NCBI RefSeq assembly: GCF_001194135.2 | Contig: NC_068990.1 | Coordinates: 17,532,909 to 17,596,908, forward strand | Length of the DNA: 64,000 bases | DNA from: Octopus bimaculoides | Lineage: Eukaryota | Direction: 5' to 3' | Shown: positions 38,700 through 50,836 of the stretch, one piece after another | Layout: each line of letters begins with the position of its first letter | Numbering within the stretch: the first letter of the stretch is position 1 | Notes under the pieces: model-generated | What the model was told of the DNA's origin: nothing | What the model saw: only the letters and a program-made list of their open reading frames with translations | Databases searched by the model: none | Program-made: the position numbers and the translations under genes

Positions 38700-39543
38700 G
38701 TAATTCCTTTTCACTAATGTTTGGTTACTTAGGAAAATTATCAAATGGAATCCATTTTCAAACTTGTTTCTCCCATCAGTGGGATTCACCGAGGTAGATT
38801 TTCTACTACTGGAAGCTCTTCCTATCACCAACCCTCACCTGTCTCCAAACGGTAATATTTCCTTATGGCAGGACGTGTTTTCATGGAAGACAAATGAATG
38901 ACAGTAGCACTCATCTATATCTGTGATGTCAAGATAAGGAGACACAAACATGCACACACACACACACACACATATATAATGGGCTTCTTTGAGTTTCCAT
39001 GTACCACATCCATTCAATGCTTTGGTTGACCTTCAGCTATAGTAGAAGACACTCGCCCAATCTGCTACACAGTGAGGTGATAACTGCCTTTAGGAGGCAT
39101 AGTGGCTGAATTCTCTTAAACCAGGGTGCCTTGGATAATATAGTTCTTGAAATACATAAAGACAAGATGGTAACAACTGGAATGCTTTTATTCATAGGCC
39201 CTGCTTGATCCCAGCTGGCCTGAGGTTAAACAATGACCTCATCATCACCACCATTTAGTTTTTGTCTTCTGTACTTGCATAAGTTGAATCATTCAACAGG
39301 AACTGGTATGTGAGAAGACTGCAAGACTCCACTGTCTGCTTTGATTTGGTTTCTACAGCTGGATGTCCTTGCTAACACCAACCACTTTACAGAGTGTACC
39401 GCATGTTTTTTTCCTTCAAAATTATCTCTATATAAGACTAAATATAAAACCATGCAGAATTAATCAAAAAATTGTATGTTCCAAAATATTTATGTATGAG
39501 GAAACAGTTCTATTCTAATTTATCTTGCTTTGGATTTCTTCAG

Positions 39544-39646
39544 AAACTAAAAACTGACGCCTTGTTTCTCGAGCAACTAACTTTGATTTGTGAAATCTTG
39601 CTAAGTTATGTGGATTTTTCCCCTCACAGCCGAAACACTTCTTTTG
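39544..39646 (+). CDS. RIF1: RIF1 exon 18
   Basis: ttcttcag; KLKTDALFLEQLTLICEILLSYVDFSPHSRNTSF; gtaagt. Confidence 0.9.
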
Positions 39647-41019
39647 GTAAGTTGTTTGTTTTTCTTTTTCTATTTGCTCATGTTGTTTTTAATTTTTTAT
39701 TGATTTTAAAAAAAAGTTTAATTTTTTTCTAAATTATTATTGATAATTATTGTTCTGACATTAGCTTGCTGTTAATTTAGAAGGAATAGCTTGGTGGGTG
39801 TGACATTAAGCTATCAACTAGCAGTTTGTGAGTTCCAATATATATATACATATATGTAATGGACTCCCTTGTTGAAGATAATGTGTGAATGTTCAGTTTT
39901 TGCTGAACGATCTGCCCAAATGATTTGTTTCTAGTGAACAAACGTGTGTGCTGTACATTGGCTCACTCTCTCCATCAAATTAAATGTTACCTGAACAGGT
40001 ACACTGTGTGGCATGTATCAAGTGTTGAAGTGATCGCAGAGTAATGCAAAATGAAGTGTTTTGCTTAAGAATACAACACACCACAAAGTCTAAGGATTGA
40101 AACCACAATCTCACAATCGTGATTGCAACACCCCAACCACTAGGCCATGTGCCCTCACTATATGATGAATAAGATATTTGATCCTTGACAAACACACACT
40201 CTGCAGGCACTTTGGTTGACACTGGATTAAACATTTTATTTATCATGCCTTTCAATTTACGAATCTATCCATTGGGAAATACTGTACCAGAAGGTTAATA
40301 AATAACCACTTGACATGTTAACTAAGGGGGGAGCAGTGGAAATTTCTTTCTCTCTTTGTTTGTCTGACTCTCTCTCTCTCTCTGGTAAAGTAATATATGA
40401 AAATATATAGAAAATACTATATGAAAATGAAGTCCCTGTAGATCTCCTGAGGTTTGCAAAGAAATTAAAGATATATTTTGCTAATTTGATTGCAAACTGC
40501 TAAGTCCCTCACCCCATGAGAGGGTCTTTCTAATACTAGCTTCCCAAATGAATTTATAAGTAAAACCTGGTTTCAGTCAGGGAATACAACAAAGACTAGG
40601 AGTAAGAAAAATTTATTCTCATGGCATCATTTGTCCAATACTTCAACTTCACAGTTGTTAGATTTTATTCTACTGAAAATCTTATCTTTTTTCTGTCAGT
40701 ATTCTGATGAATAAGAAGTATTAAAAGAATGTTCCTCCCTCCTCTCTGTTCCAGTAAATACCTGGCTAAAAGAGATTCAGTATTGTTCAGACAAAATATT
40801 TTATGGTGTTTCATTTACAGTTTGAGTTCAAATTCTATCCTGATCCACACCACTTTCATGCTTCCTCAATTAAAAATGTAATTAACAGTTGATATAGCAA
40901 ACATTGGGAAGGGAATGTCAATGGAATTGGCTATTCCTTGCTCCAGTATGTTCACATTTTTATGATTGAACCCATAAAAGAATTTAAGAATTGTTGAAAT
41001 TTTAAAATTTATTTTGCAG

Positions 41020-41168
41020 CTCTTGGCAGTCCTGGAAAATGGGGTGGCAAACGAAAGCAGAATCCTTTGAAAAATCTGAATTCTGTTATTGATTTGGTTG
41101 TGCTTGTCACCAATTCTGTCTTTGAGCAGGTCAATAGGGAAGAATGTGAGAATAGTATTGACAGACAG
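41020..41168 (+). CDS. RIF1: RIF1 exon 19
   Basis: ttttgcag; LGSPGKWGGKRKQNPLKNLNSVIDLVVLV...SIDRQ; gtacga. Confidence 0.88.
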
Positions 41169-41833
41169 GTACGAACGTTTTTTTCCTTTTTCTGCAATTT
41201 TCCTGTTTTGCAAATTACTTAACAACCATACCTGTGCTGGTGGTACAAGAAAATCACCCAGTGCATTCTGTAAAGTGGTTACTGTTACGAAGTGCATTCA
41301 GCCGTAGAAACCACACCAAAGTAGATATTGGGCTTGCCTCGTCCTGTCAGACCCTCCTACTCATGCCAGCAAGGAGAATAGATGCTAAATGATGGAATAT
41401 AGATTTAACATGTAATTTTGATGGAAAGTTTTAATATAAATGGTTTTAAAACAGTAAGCTTGTATCATCGAACCAAGAGGAATTTCAAGCGTGTTGGCAT
41501 CAGAAGAGTTAAAGCTAATTTGAGAAGCTGGAATAGCTGGCATTTTATAGTGTAATCAGTAAAGCGACTGACTAACATAGTGACAGATATGTAACTCAAG
41601 GCCTGTCACTGATCCTGTTTCTTTTTACTGCCTTAATCCATTTGATACAAACTTTTTTTAAATCACAAGTTCATTATTTTCAAAATTGATTGAATCAGAG
41701 GCAATATATTTCAACAGAAATATGATTACAATAGGGTTAAATGAGTGCTTATAATGATATCTAATGTTAAATTCTTTCTGTTGCTGATTTTAATCATTTA
41801 AATTTTATTTTTAAATGTTACTTTAATTTTCAG

Positions 41834-42022
41834 ACTGTAAATTTTGCTTCACTCCAATCAGCTGCCAGACACCTTACTGGAACCATGATTACTCTGTTCA
41901 CAGAAATAACCTCTCCAAATTCAGTTCCTTTACTCTTCGAAAAAACTTCCAAGGCTGTTAGCAGCTTGTTTGTTCTTGCTAAAGCCAGTTATAAAGTATT
42001 TCCTTCAAGCTCACTCCCAAAG
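41834..42022 (+). CDS. RIF1: RIF1 exon 20
   Basis: ttttcag; 63 open codons TVNFASLQSAARHLTGTMITLFTEI...SSLPK; gtaacc. Confidence 0.85.
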
Positions 42023-43064
42023 GTAACCCTTTTTCTTTTCTTTTTTTCTTGTGCCTTATTTTGAGGCTGAGCCAGTTAACCTCTTAACCGTTTTAACAAT
42101 TTTATAGAATTCTGCCAAGTCTCATCAATGCAATCTTAACTGCTTTGATACAAACTGCCTGACACTAACCCCTCATTCTATGATACAAATCTCTTTAGAG
42201 TGATTCGAATTAAAAACCCTCCGTTGGAATTTCGCTTCAATTTGTTCCAAAAACCAGCCTAATAATGACATTTTATTAAATTCTTTTTTTCAAAATTAAT
42301 TGAAACAAAGGCAGTACAGTCCAGCAGAAATAAGTTAATGGGTTAAATTAACTTGAGCACCCCCTCCCCTCGTTTTTAACATCCACTTTTCCAAGCTTGC
42401 TTGGCTCAGAATTCATCTTGTTAAATGCCCTTCCTATCACCAAACCTGGATCTGTTACCATGCAAGCTAATAATCTCTTAGTCTATTAAACAATGAACAG
42501 TTTGAACATAGTTATGAGCATCTTTTGTTTGCAAAAATTGTGCAAGACATACCAAGAATCTCAAACCTGCCTCTATAGTTGACTAAGCATATAATATTGC
42601 TTGTATTTGTTAGCAAGTTCTTTTTTATAGAACACTGAAATGCATAAAGAAAACTAGTTCTTTATCCTCTTAATCTTTTATACTTGAGTCCTGCTTCCCA
42701 AAATTGGCTTGGATGCTCTTAATTAAATTTCTCACATACATAATCACCAAGGATCACTCAAAATGGTGGCATGTCATTGTTAAAGACACGAATAGTGACT
42801 TGCACTTCCTCGTGCCTCACCAACCCATCCCTGGCTCTTCTATACTATTGTTGGCCTGAGCAGCCACCCCAGGTACTTGCACCCATCAGGATGAGACTCA
42901 GTCACTCGCTACAGATTAATTATTCGGGTATCAGTTAATGCTAATAACGACACAAGTAAATAGAGTAATTTTGGTGATGGGAATTTCTTTATGCTGTTAG
43001 ATAATTAATTTCCTTTTAGAAGAAAAACTATTCAAATAATTTTTTTTCCAATCCAATATTTTAG

Positions 43065-43267
43065 CATGACAAATTATGGCAAGATATTATCAACAGTATA
43101 CAGAATACCTATAAAGGTATGTATGATACAGACTTTCTGAATGTTTTGGCGCCGCTGCTGGAAGCAAACTTTCTTCACCCACGGAGATTCATCAAAAACC
43201 AAACAGCTCAGTTATGGAAGGCCACTTTCAGCCAAACTCCTTCACTAGCTTATACAGATTCTCTACG
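43065..43267 (+). CDS. RIF1: RIF1 exon 21
   Basis: attttag; HDKLWQDIINSIQNTYKGMYDTDFLNVLAPLLEANFLHPRRFIKNQTAQLWKATF; gtaagt. Confidence 0.94.
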
Positions 43268-43535
43268 GTAAGTGTTTTTGGAATTTAATTAGTGTCTAAG
43301 AATTGGATATAAGCTATCTCGTTTCTTGTGTTTTTGTTTAGCCCTAGGTCAGTCCTGATTTGCTGACTTACAATCAACAGTAGATCTGCCATGATGATCC
43401 TCCCCAACCCTCTTTCTACACCCCATATATCTTGTTAGTAAAAGACATTGGGGTGAGGTTTGACTATTATTTTTAGCAAATTGTGTTACCATAAAGGGGC
43501 TGCTTCCACGACTCATCTTATTTCATGTAAACACT

Positions 43536-44505
43536 GGTGGATAGCAGAATCAGCTGAGTGTCAGGTTAAATGGCTTTATGAATATTTATTTCTAAGTTCA
43601 AATCCTGGCTTGGTCAACTTTACTTTCATCCCCCTCGGGCTGATTTGATGTCTCCTCTTTCCCAAAATGTCTTTGGCTTAAATTGAAAATATTATTATTA
43701 CATACACCACCACACCATTATTTATTGCCTTGCATCCTTCTGGACTTTAAAATATTGGTCAAGTACTGTGGTTGCTATGAACTGATTGTTCCTTTCCTTC
43801 AAATTTTTGGTCCTGCTCTTGTCTTCAAGCTGGTAGAATTGTTAGCACACAGGACAACAATGCTTAGTGGCATTTCATCTGTCTTTACATTCTGAGTTCA
43901 AATTCCACCTAGGTCCACTTTACCTTTCATCCTTTTGGGGTTGATGTAATTGACTAACCCTCTCTATCCTAAAATTGCTGGCCTTGTGCCAAAATTTGAA
44001 ATTATTATTCGGTCAGCTGACAGAATCATTAGCGTGTTGGAGAAAATGCTTAGCAGTATTTTTTTTGTGCTCTTCTCTTTACATTCTGTGTTCATATTCC
44101 AGTGAGATTGATTTTGCATTTCATATTTTGTGGTTGGTAAAATATATACCAGTCAAGTACTTGGCTCAGTGGTATTGATTTAACCCTTTTCTGAAATTTA
44201 CTGGCTCTTTACATTCTGAGTTCAATTTCCCATGAGTGGGGTTGATGCTTTTCACTAACTCTCTCCCCTCAAAATTGCTGGCCTTTGCCTAGATCAGAAA
44301 CCATTCTTGTTCTTAAGGCTGCGAGCTGGCAGAATTGTTAGCTTGCTGAGCAAAATGCTTAGTGGCATTTCATCTATCTTTACTTTCTGAGTTCAAATTA
44401 TGCCGAGGTCACCTTTGCCATTCATCCTTTTGGGGTTGGTATAATCAACTTACCCCTTCCTCTGAAGTTCCTGACTTTGTGACAGAATTTGAAACCATTA
44501 TTATT
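43536..44505 (+). repeat. Head-to-tail cluster of about 5 decayed family D SINE copies
   Basis: Recurring gctggcagaa..ttagc..aaatgcttag..tttacattctgagttcaaatt..cttttggggttg..aaattgctggcc..tttgaaa(att)n. Confidence 0.75.
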
Positions 44506-44523
44506 GTCGTTTTTGTTCTGCAG

Positions 44524-44629
44524 TCGTACTTTAGTCAAAGTGAAAGAGAAAATGGTAATCAGATTGCCAGGCTGGATAAGCACAGAAATTCATGTGATTG
44601 AAGAAACACCTACCAGTCAGTATAGTCAG
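44524..44629 (+). CDS. RIF1: RIF1 exon 22
   Basis: ttctgcag; RTLVKVKEKMVIRLPGWISTEIHVIEETPTSQYSQ; gtaaga. Confidence 0.88.
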
Positions 44630-45354
44630 GTAAGATCTTTATTCTTATTTCTTCATGCATTTCTTTAACACCAGTTTTTCCATTCTGGCATGGCTTAGAT
44701 GATGATGTGTTTGAGGCAAGAATTTTATGGCTGAAGACTTCCTGATGCCAAGAAATACCTCTTTATCAAGTTGGGTATTTGGGATTGTTTATTTTAGAGG
44801 AATTTTAAAGTGCAGAGGTAATGGATGATGTTGACAGGGAAATGTCACCATTTGTGGCTGTAGTAATGCAAACATTGGCTCTGGTACATACTTGCACATG
44901 CAAAAAGAAGAAGAAGAAGAAGATTGAATAATCTTCTAAGAAAGTTATCAGTGAATTGGAACGTTTTGTAAGCCAGGTATTCTTGGGCAGGCAAAGTATT
45001 TCTTGGTGGCAGACAAAACTAGTGAAGATGTGTGACTCAGTGGTCAAGGTGTTGCACTTGCAACCATAAGATAATGGTTTCGATCCCTGGGTTGGGAAAC
45101 TTCTTTTCATGTTGCTTAAGTTCAGTCAGCTGTAAATGAGTAATCCTGCAATGGAATGGCATCCTATTTCGGAGGGACTATTGTAAACTCAGTCACTCAT
45201 ATGCTATGCAAAGCGGGTGATCTGGCACTCAAGGCAGTAATGTCCAGGGTTGATGTTGGCACGCCACGAACTGTCTTCATGATTTGAACATATAACCAAT
45301 TATGCAAAGTCTAGCTACCTTAACCTCATCTTACATATTTGATTTTAATTTTAG

Positions 45355-45525
45355 GCAAGTTCCCAGGTATCTGACGAAGTTGTTCCTGCTCCAGTCTCTC
45401 CAAATAAAATGCATGGGAGTCTGTTAAAGAATATTCCTTCTCCAAAAAAACCAAGTATTCTTTGTAAACACAAACCTGCTGTCAGTGTGATGAAAAGGTT
45501 ATCAATTGGTGATATGAAAGATCAG
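45355..45525 (+). CDS. RIF1: RIF1 exon 23
   Basis: ttttag; ASSQVSDEVVPAPVSPNKMHGSLLKNIPSPKK...DMKDQ; gtaatt. Confidence 0.85.
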
Positions 45526-45559
45526 GTAATTATATATATATTTTTGAATAACTTTTATA

Positions 45560-45766
45560 TACTCTTTACTCTTTTACTTGTTTCAGTCATTTGACTGCGG
45601 CCATGCTGGAGCACCGCCTTTAGTCGAGTAAATCGACCCCAGGACTTATTCTTTGTAAGCCTAGTACTTATTCTATCGGTCTCTTTTGCCGAACCGCTAA
45701 GTGACGGGGACATAAACACACCAGCATCGGTTGTCAAGCAATGCTAGGGGACAAACACAGATGCAT

Positions 45767-45810
<44 letters not shown>
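45560..45810 (-). mobile_element. SINE family A, 3' half, well preserved
   Basis: ttttactcttttacttgtttcagtcatttgactgcggccatgctggagcaccgcc... then (CA)n. Confidence 0.85.
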
Positions 45811-45813
<3 letters not shown>

Positions 45814-46370
45814 TATATATATAAACTCTCTTTTGATATTTCCTTTTATTATTTTTTGATCACCATTAACGTTGTTCTAATATCAATTTTTCCATGCTTA
45901 CATGAGTTTGACAGAGTTTATTGAATCAAATTTCTACTAGCAGCCAGAAGCCCTTTCTGTTGCCAGTCCTCATCTGTCACCAAGCAAGGTAATATTTCCC
46001 CATGACCAGACGTATTTTCATGGATTGGAAGTGGACACAGCTTGTATGACCATGACATTCCTTTACTTAATGTGTGCATGGGCACCAAACCATAATATGT
46101 ACATACATACTTCTTAATTTTCTGGCATTAATAATTTTCTTCAGTAAGCTTTTTGGTTTGCATGCTGAGAATAAGAGCATATTAAGATATTAAGCTTGTT
46201 TGTGATTTTGGTAGGATTTAATTCACAATCTCAATTAGACCTCATTCTGGTAGGAACTCAGCTTGTTGTAGTTTTAGAATTTTAAAATTAAGAAGTTGAT
46301 TTATTCATTGATGTATTAAAATTATTTCTGTGACCTGCATTTAACATTCTCTTTGATTTCTACTTTGAAG

Positions 46371-46450
46371 GATTTTGTGGTTATTGATCCTCCTCAGAAT
46401 AAAAGACGAATCCTTACTCAACACCAGAAAGAAGTATTGAAAGAGAGAAA
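46371..46450 (+). CDS. RIF1: RIF1 exon 24
   Basis: tttgaag; DFVVIDPPQNKRRILTQHQKEVLKER resembles human DFVFIPP..RILTDHQKEVLK; gtaaat. Confidence 0.93.
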
Positions 46451-47417
46451 GTAAATATTTTCAATTTAATTTTATTTATATTTTTTGTGAGATTCTTTTT
46501 GTTCTACAAGTGAGCCAAGAAAGAAATTGGGCAGTATGTGAGAATATTGATGTGTGTGTGTGTATGAAACCTGCCAAGTTAAATTGTTGTGTGCTAACAA
46601 TAGATGGTTCTTGTAGTGGGAAAAAACGGTGTGATTAGCTCTGTGGATGCTCTGCTTTGCAGACATCATGACACAGGAACCAAAATAAATGGCAATATTT
46701 TGTACTGCAGACTTATCCAACATAGTCAAGCCTGTAAAAACCAACTAATTATATTGTTTGCTAGACCAGTGAGTGCTACAACTGATAAAATTAAGCTGCT
46801 CATGAATCTGCAAGTCAATAAGTCAAGGGCATAAGGAACACAACACAACACAACATTTAATTGAAATATTTCCTTGAGAAAAGCATCAAATATTCTGGTG
46901 AATTTTTGGACAAGTGGGTTTCTTTCTTTCTTTTTTTTCTTTTTAAAGTTCTTTACTGGTATTTGAGGCAACTTTAAAGGTAGGCTTTATACCTACCTAA
47001 ATAAAATTAATATTGATGTCATGGGAAATAAATGGATACATCAGATTGTTAGATTTTAAAAGTAATTGATAATCATATTTGTTTTAAAACAAGTCTTTTG
47101 ACAGGAGTTTCTTTTTATTAAAGTGGACTGAATTTTGTTTCTCACATATAGTACTTCTTGTTTTGCACTCCCAAACAGCAACACTATTTGAATTACAATT
47201 AATATACAATTCAAGACTCAGCAACGGTTGTAGTTACATGCATTTGGTACAGGACTTAAGATATCACAAAAGAAAAAATAGATGTATCTAATAGATTTTA
47301 AAGGTAGTTGACATACTTGCTGAAAGTCTTATACCACTGCTAAAGTAATTAGATCCAGCTTACCACCTTTTTTTTCTTCTTATATTTATCTATTTGCTTA
47401 TTTATTTTTTGTAACAG

Positions 47418-47471
47418 GTATTGTCTTCCTGCAATGTATAATAGCCTTGACCAGTCTCAAGATTCCATGTA
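47418..47471 (+). CDS. RIF1: RIF1 exon 25
   Basis: gtaacag; YCLPAMYNSLDQSQDSM resembles human IPAMYNNLDVSQD; gtgagt, phase 2. Confidence 0.9.
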
Positions 47472-49235
47472 GTGAGTATTTTTCTTGAAAGCTTTAATCT
47501 GCAACAAAGTGTTTATTTTTGTAAGATGACCTGTTGTATTTCTAGTAAGAAGTTTGCTTCCCAACCACATTGTTCTGGGTTCAGTCCCACTGCATGGCAC
47601 CTTGGGCCGAGCAAAGCTTTGTGAGTGGATCTGGTACACAGAAAGTGAAAGAAGATTGTCATATATATACATGTATGTGTGTGTCTGTGTTTGTCCCCTA
47701 CCACTGCTTCACAACTGGTGTTGGTGTGTTTACATCCCTGTAACTTAGCAGTTTGGCAAAAAACACTGATAGAGTAAGTAATGGGGTCATTTCATGCAAC
47801 TAAAATTTCTTCAATGCATTCTCTAACCTCATGGTTTCAGGCTCAGTCCTACTGTGTGACCCCAATCAGCAAATGTCTACCACTATAGCCTTGAGAGTAG
47901 ATTTGGTAGGCAAAAACTGAACGAAGTCCCTCATATTATCATTTAGCACTCTTTTTTTTTTCTGTGCTGACATGACTTGGACAGTTTGACAAGAACAGAT
48001 GCGGCTCTGCTAGGTTCCAAGTCTGCTTTGGCATTGTTTCTACAGCTTTGATGCCCTTCTTCACACTTAAGCCTACATCATCATCATTTAACTCCATATT
48101 GAATGAGTTGAATGGTTGTGATAGGATCCTGTGGGGCAAAGAACTGTGTTGTACTCTGGAGCAGTGCTCCTCAACCTTTTTTCACCAATGGACCCCTTTG
48201 ATTCCTATTTTACTCCAATGGACCCTTGTAGCTATTTGATGTTTATAAAAAAATCTTATATTTTTTATAATTAAATATTAATAGGAATTGTATAAATTGT
48301 ATATTTGGTGTATTGTAGAAGTATAACTAATTTATTTCCCATCAGATTTTAACAATAAAATCCTATGGACTCCTGTTGAGAAACACTGCTTAAGAGTCTG
48401 ATTTGGTATGGTTTCTATGGCTGGATGCCCTTATTAATACCAACAACTTTGTGTATGTATATGAACAAGCAAGTGTATTAGTTTGACACTCGGGTAAATG
48501 AAAAAGTCTTTTATGTTTCAAGCCTATGTTCTTCAACAGAAAGGAATAAGAAAATAAACAGAGAGGGAATATACACACATGAGGGCGCTTGGCCTAGTAG
48601 TTAGGGTGTTACACTCATGATCTTTAGATTGTAATTTCAGTTCCTAGGCCAGGTGGTGCTTTATGTTTTTGAGCAAAACAATTCATCTCTGTTTATTCTG
48701 TGATCATTTTGACACCTATGCATGGTAACTGCACCTATTCATGCAACATCAATTTGATGTAGGGTGTGAGCTAATGTACAGTTCAGATATTTGTGCAGGT
48801 CATTTGGTGAAATCTGAACGCTCATATGTTTGTCTTTGATGGAAGAGTCCATCACACATGCACACAATGTGTATGTTTTCGAGAGGGGGTGTATCCGTTT
48901 CTCCTTTTGTTGACATCACACAGTTGTAAATGAGCATCTCCGTTGTACAAATGGTTTTCAGTTTTAGTCTTTTTTGAAGCGTATATCTAGCAATGGGGAA
49001 ATATTACCTTACTTGGAATGGGCATTGGAAGGTTATAGAAAATCTCTCACAAATAGCTTCAAACATGAGAAAAATTAAAATTTAAAAATGAAACAATGTT
49101 GTAAATTAAAGTAACATGTGAAAGTTTCAACGAGAAAGGGCTGGGTTTTGTTGTTTTATCCTTTTTCCCTTTTCTGTCTTAGTTTCCTGATTAAATGTAC
49201 TAATTGTACAACTTCTGTTTTCTCTTTTACTTCAG

Positions 49236-49305
49236 TTCGAATCACATGGTCACTTCACCAGTCTTGAGTTTCAGTTCGGATGAGACTTCATCACAGTATA
49301 ATTTG
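49236..49305 (+). CDS. RIF1: RIF1 exon 26
   Basis: acttcag; SNHMVTSPVLSFSSDETSSQYNL; gtgagt. Supported by splice signals and phase only. Confidence 0.72.
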
Positions 49306-50836
49306 GTGAGTTCCTTTTTATTGCAAATTCTACAACATTCTGTGTCTGGAAGAATTTTGTGGTTAATACAAATGACAACTAGACTGATCTTTATGCTTCA
49401 CTTCCATCAACAACAAACATTTCCATGGAAGGAGTCTCAACATCATCACTCAATTTGCTAGAAATACCAACCATGTCATCCTCAAATCACACACACAATG
49501 ATTTTTAAAGGAAGCATATGTTAGATAATGTAGTCATGGATATATACAAGACAGGATGGTCACAACTGGAAAGTTTTAATCATAGGTCTATGTAATCAGA
49601 GTTGGCTAAATAACTACTGTCACTATTTGTCATCCTCATTTATCACTTTTTTTTTTTTTGTGCTTGCATGTGTCCGATGAAGCTAAATTGTGGCAGAATT
49701 TTCTACAGCCAACTGCCCTTCTTGGTGCCAGCACTTACCTGTTTCCATGTAAAGTAATGAACCCAAATGGCTAGACAGGTTTTCACAGAAGATTAGAAAT
49801 GAATGATGCTGCTTGTTTGAAGGTGACATTCATTCATGGCTGTCATGTGATGTCAAGACAATGGCACACACACACACACTTGTATCTATACAACAGGCTC
49901 CTTTCAGTTCCAGTTAACTAGATCCACTCTCAAGGTGCAGGTTGTCTTGGGGTTATAGTAGTAGAAGACACTTGCCCAAGGTGTCATACCTTAGGACTGA
50001 GCCTGAAACCACTTGGTTGGAAAGCAAACATCCTAACTGCATAGCTATACTTGTGCCTTGATTATTTTAACCCCCCCCCCCCCCAAAAAAAAAAATCGCC
50101 CAAACCTAAAGCCCTGTACAATTTACTATTGTTAGATGCATTCGTTTGTTAGGAGATGAATATAGTATATTCTTGTCAGCAAGAATATGCTTATTGAGAG
50201 GTTATTATCTTGATTAGATTAACCTTTTATATTTGTGTCATTCTGCATGCAACACAGTAAAGTCACATAATTATAATCTGGGAAACTCAGTCAGATACAA
50301 TTTACACAAGTGTGGCTGGCACAGTCGTAACTATGGTTCAGAAGTTTACATCCTAACTACATAGTTTCGAGTTTTTGAGTTCAGGCCTACTGCTTGGCAG
50401 CTTGGGGCCAGTTCTAATGTAGTTCCTGGTCAACCAAAGTTTTGTGAGTGGATTTGGTAGATGAAACCTGAAAGATGCCCATCCTGTGTGTGCATATATA
50501 TATATATATATATGTCTCCTTGTCTCAATGTCGTGTGATAGTTGTAAATGAATGTCCATGTTAGACAAGTAGTGTCTTTTATTTCCAATCTCCTGTCAGG
50601 ATTGGCAACAGGAAGGGAAATCTGGTCATAGAAAATCTACCTCAATGTATGGAAAGTGGATGTTAAAATGATGCAGATTGCTCTTTAAGCTCCTGTGATT
50701 TTTTTTACTAAATTAAATGTTGCACGTTAAAAGCTGTTCACTCATCCATGTGATAATTTCTGGTTTTATTTTTGTATTTCTATTTTTCATGTATGTAATT
50801 TCTTGTTTTTAAAGTCACATTAAATTCTATTTTCAG

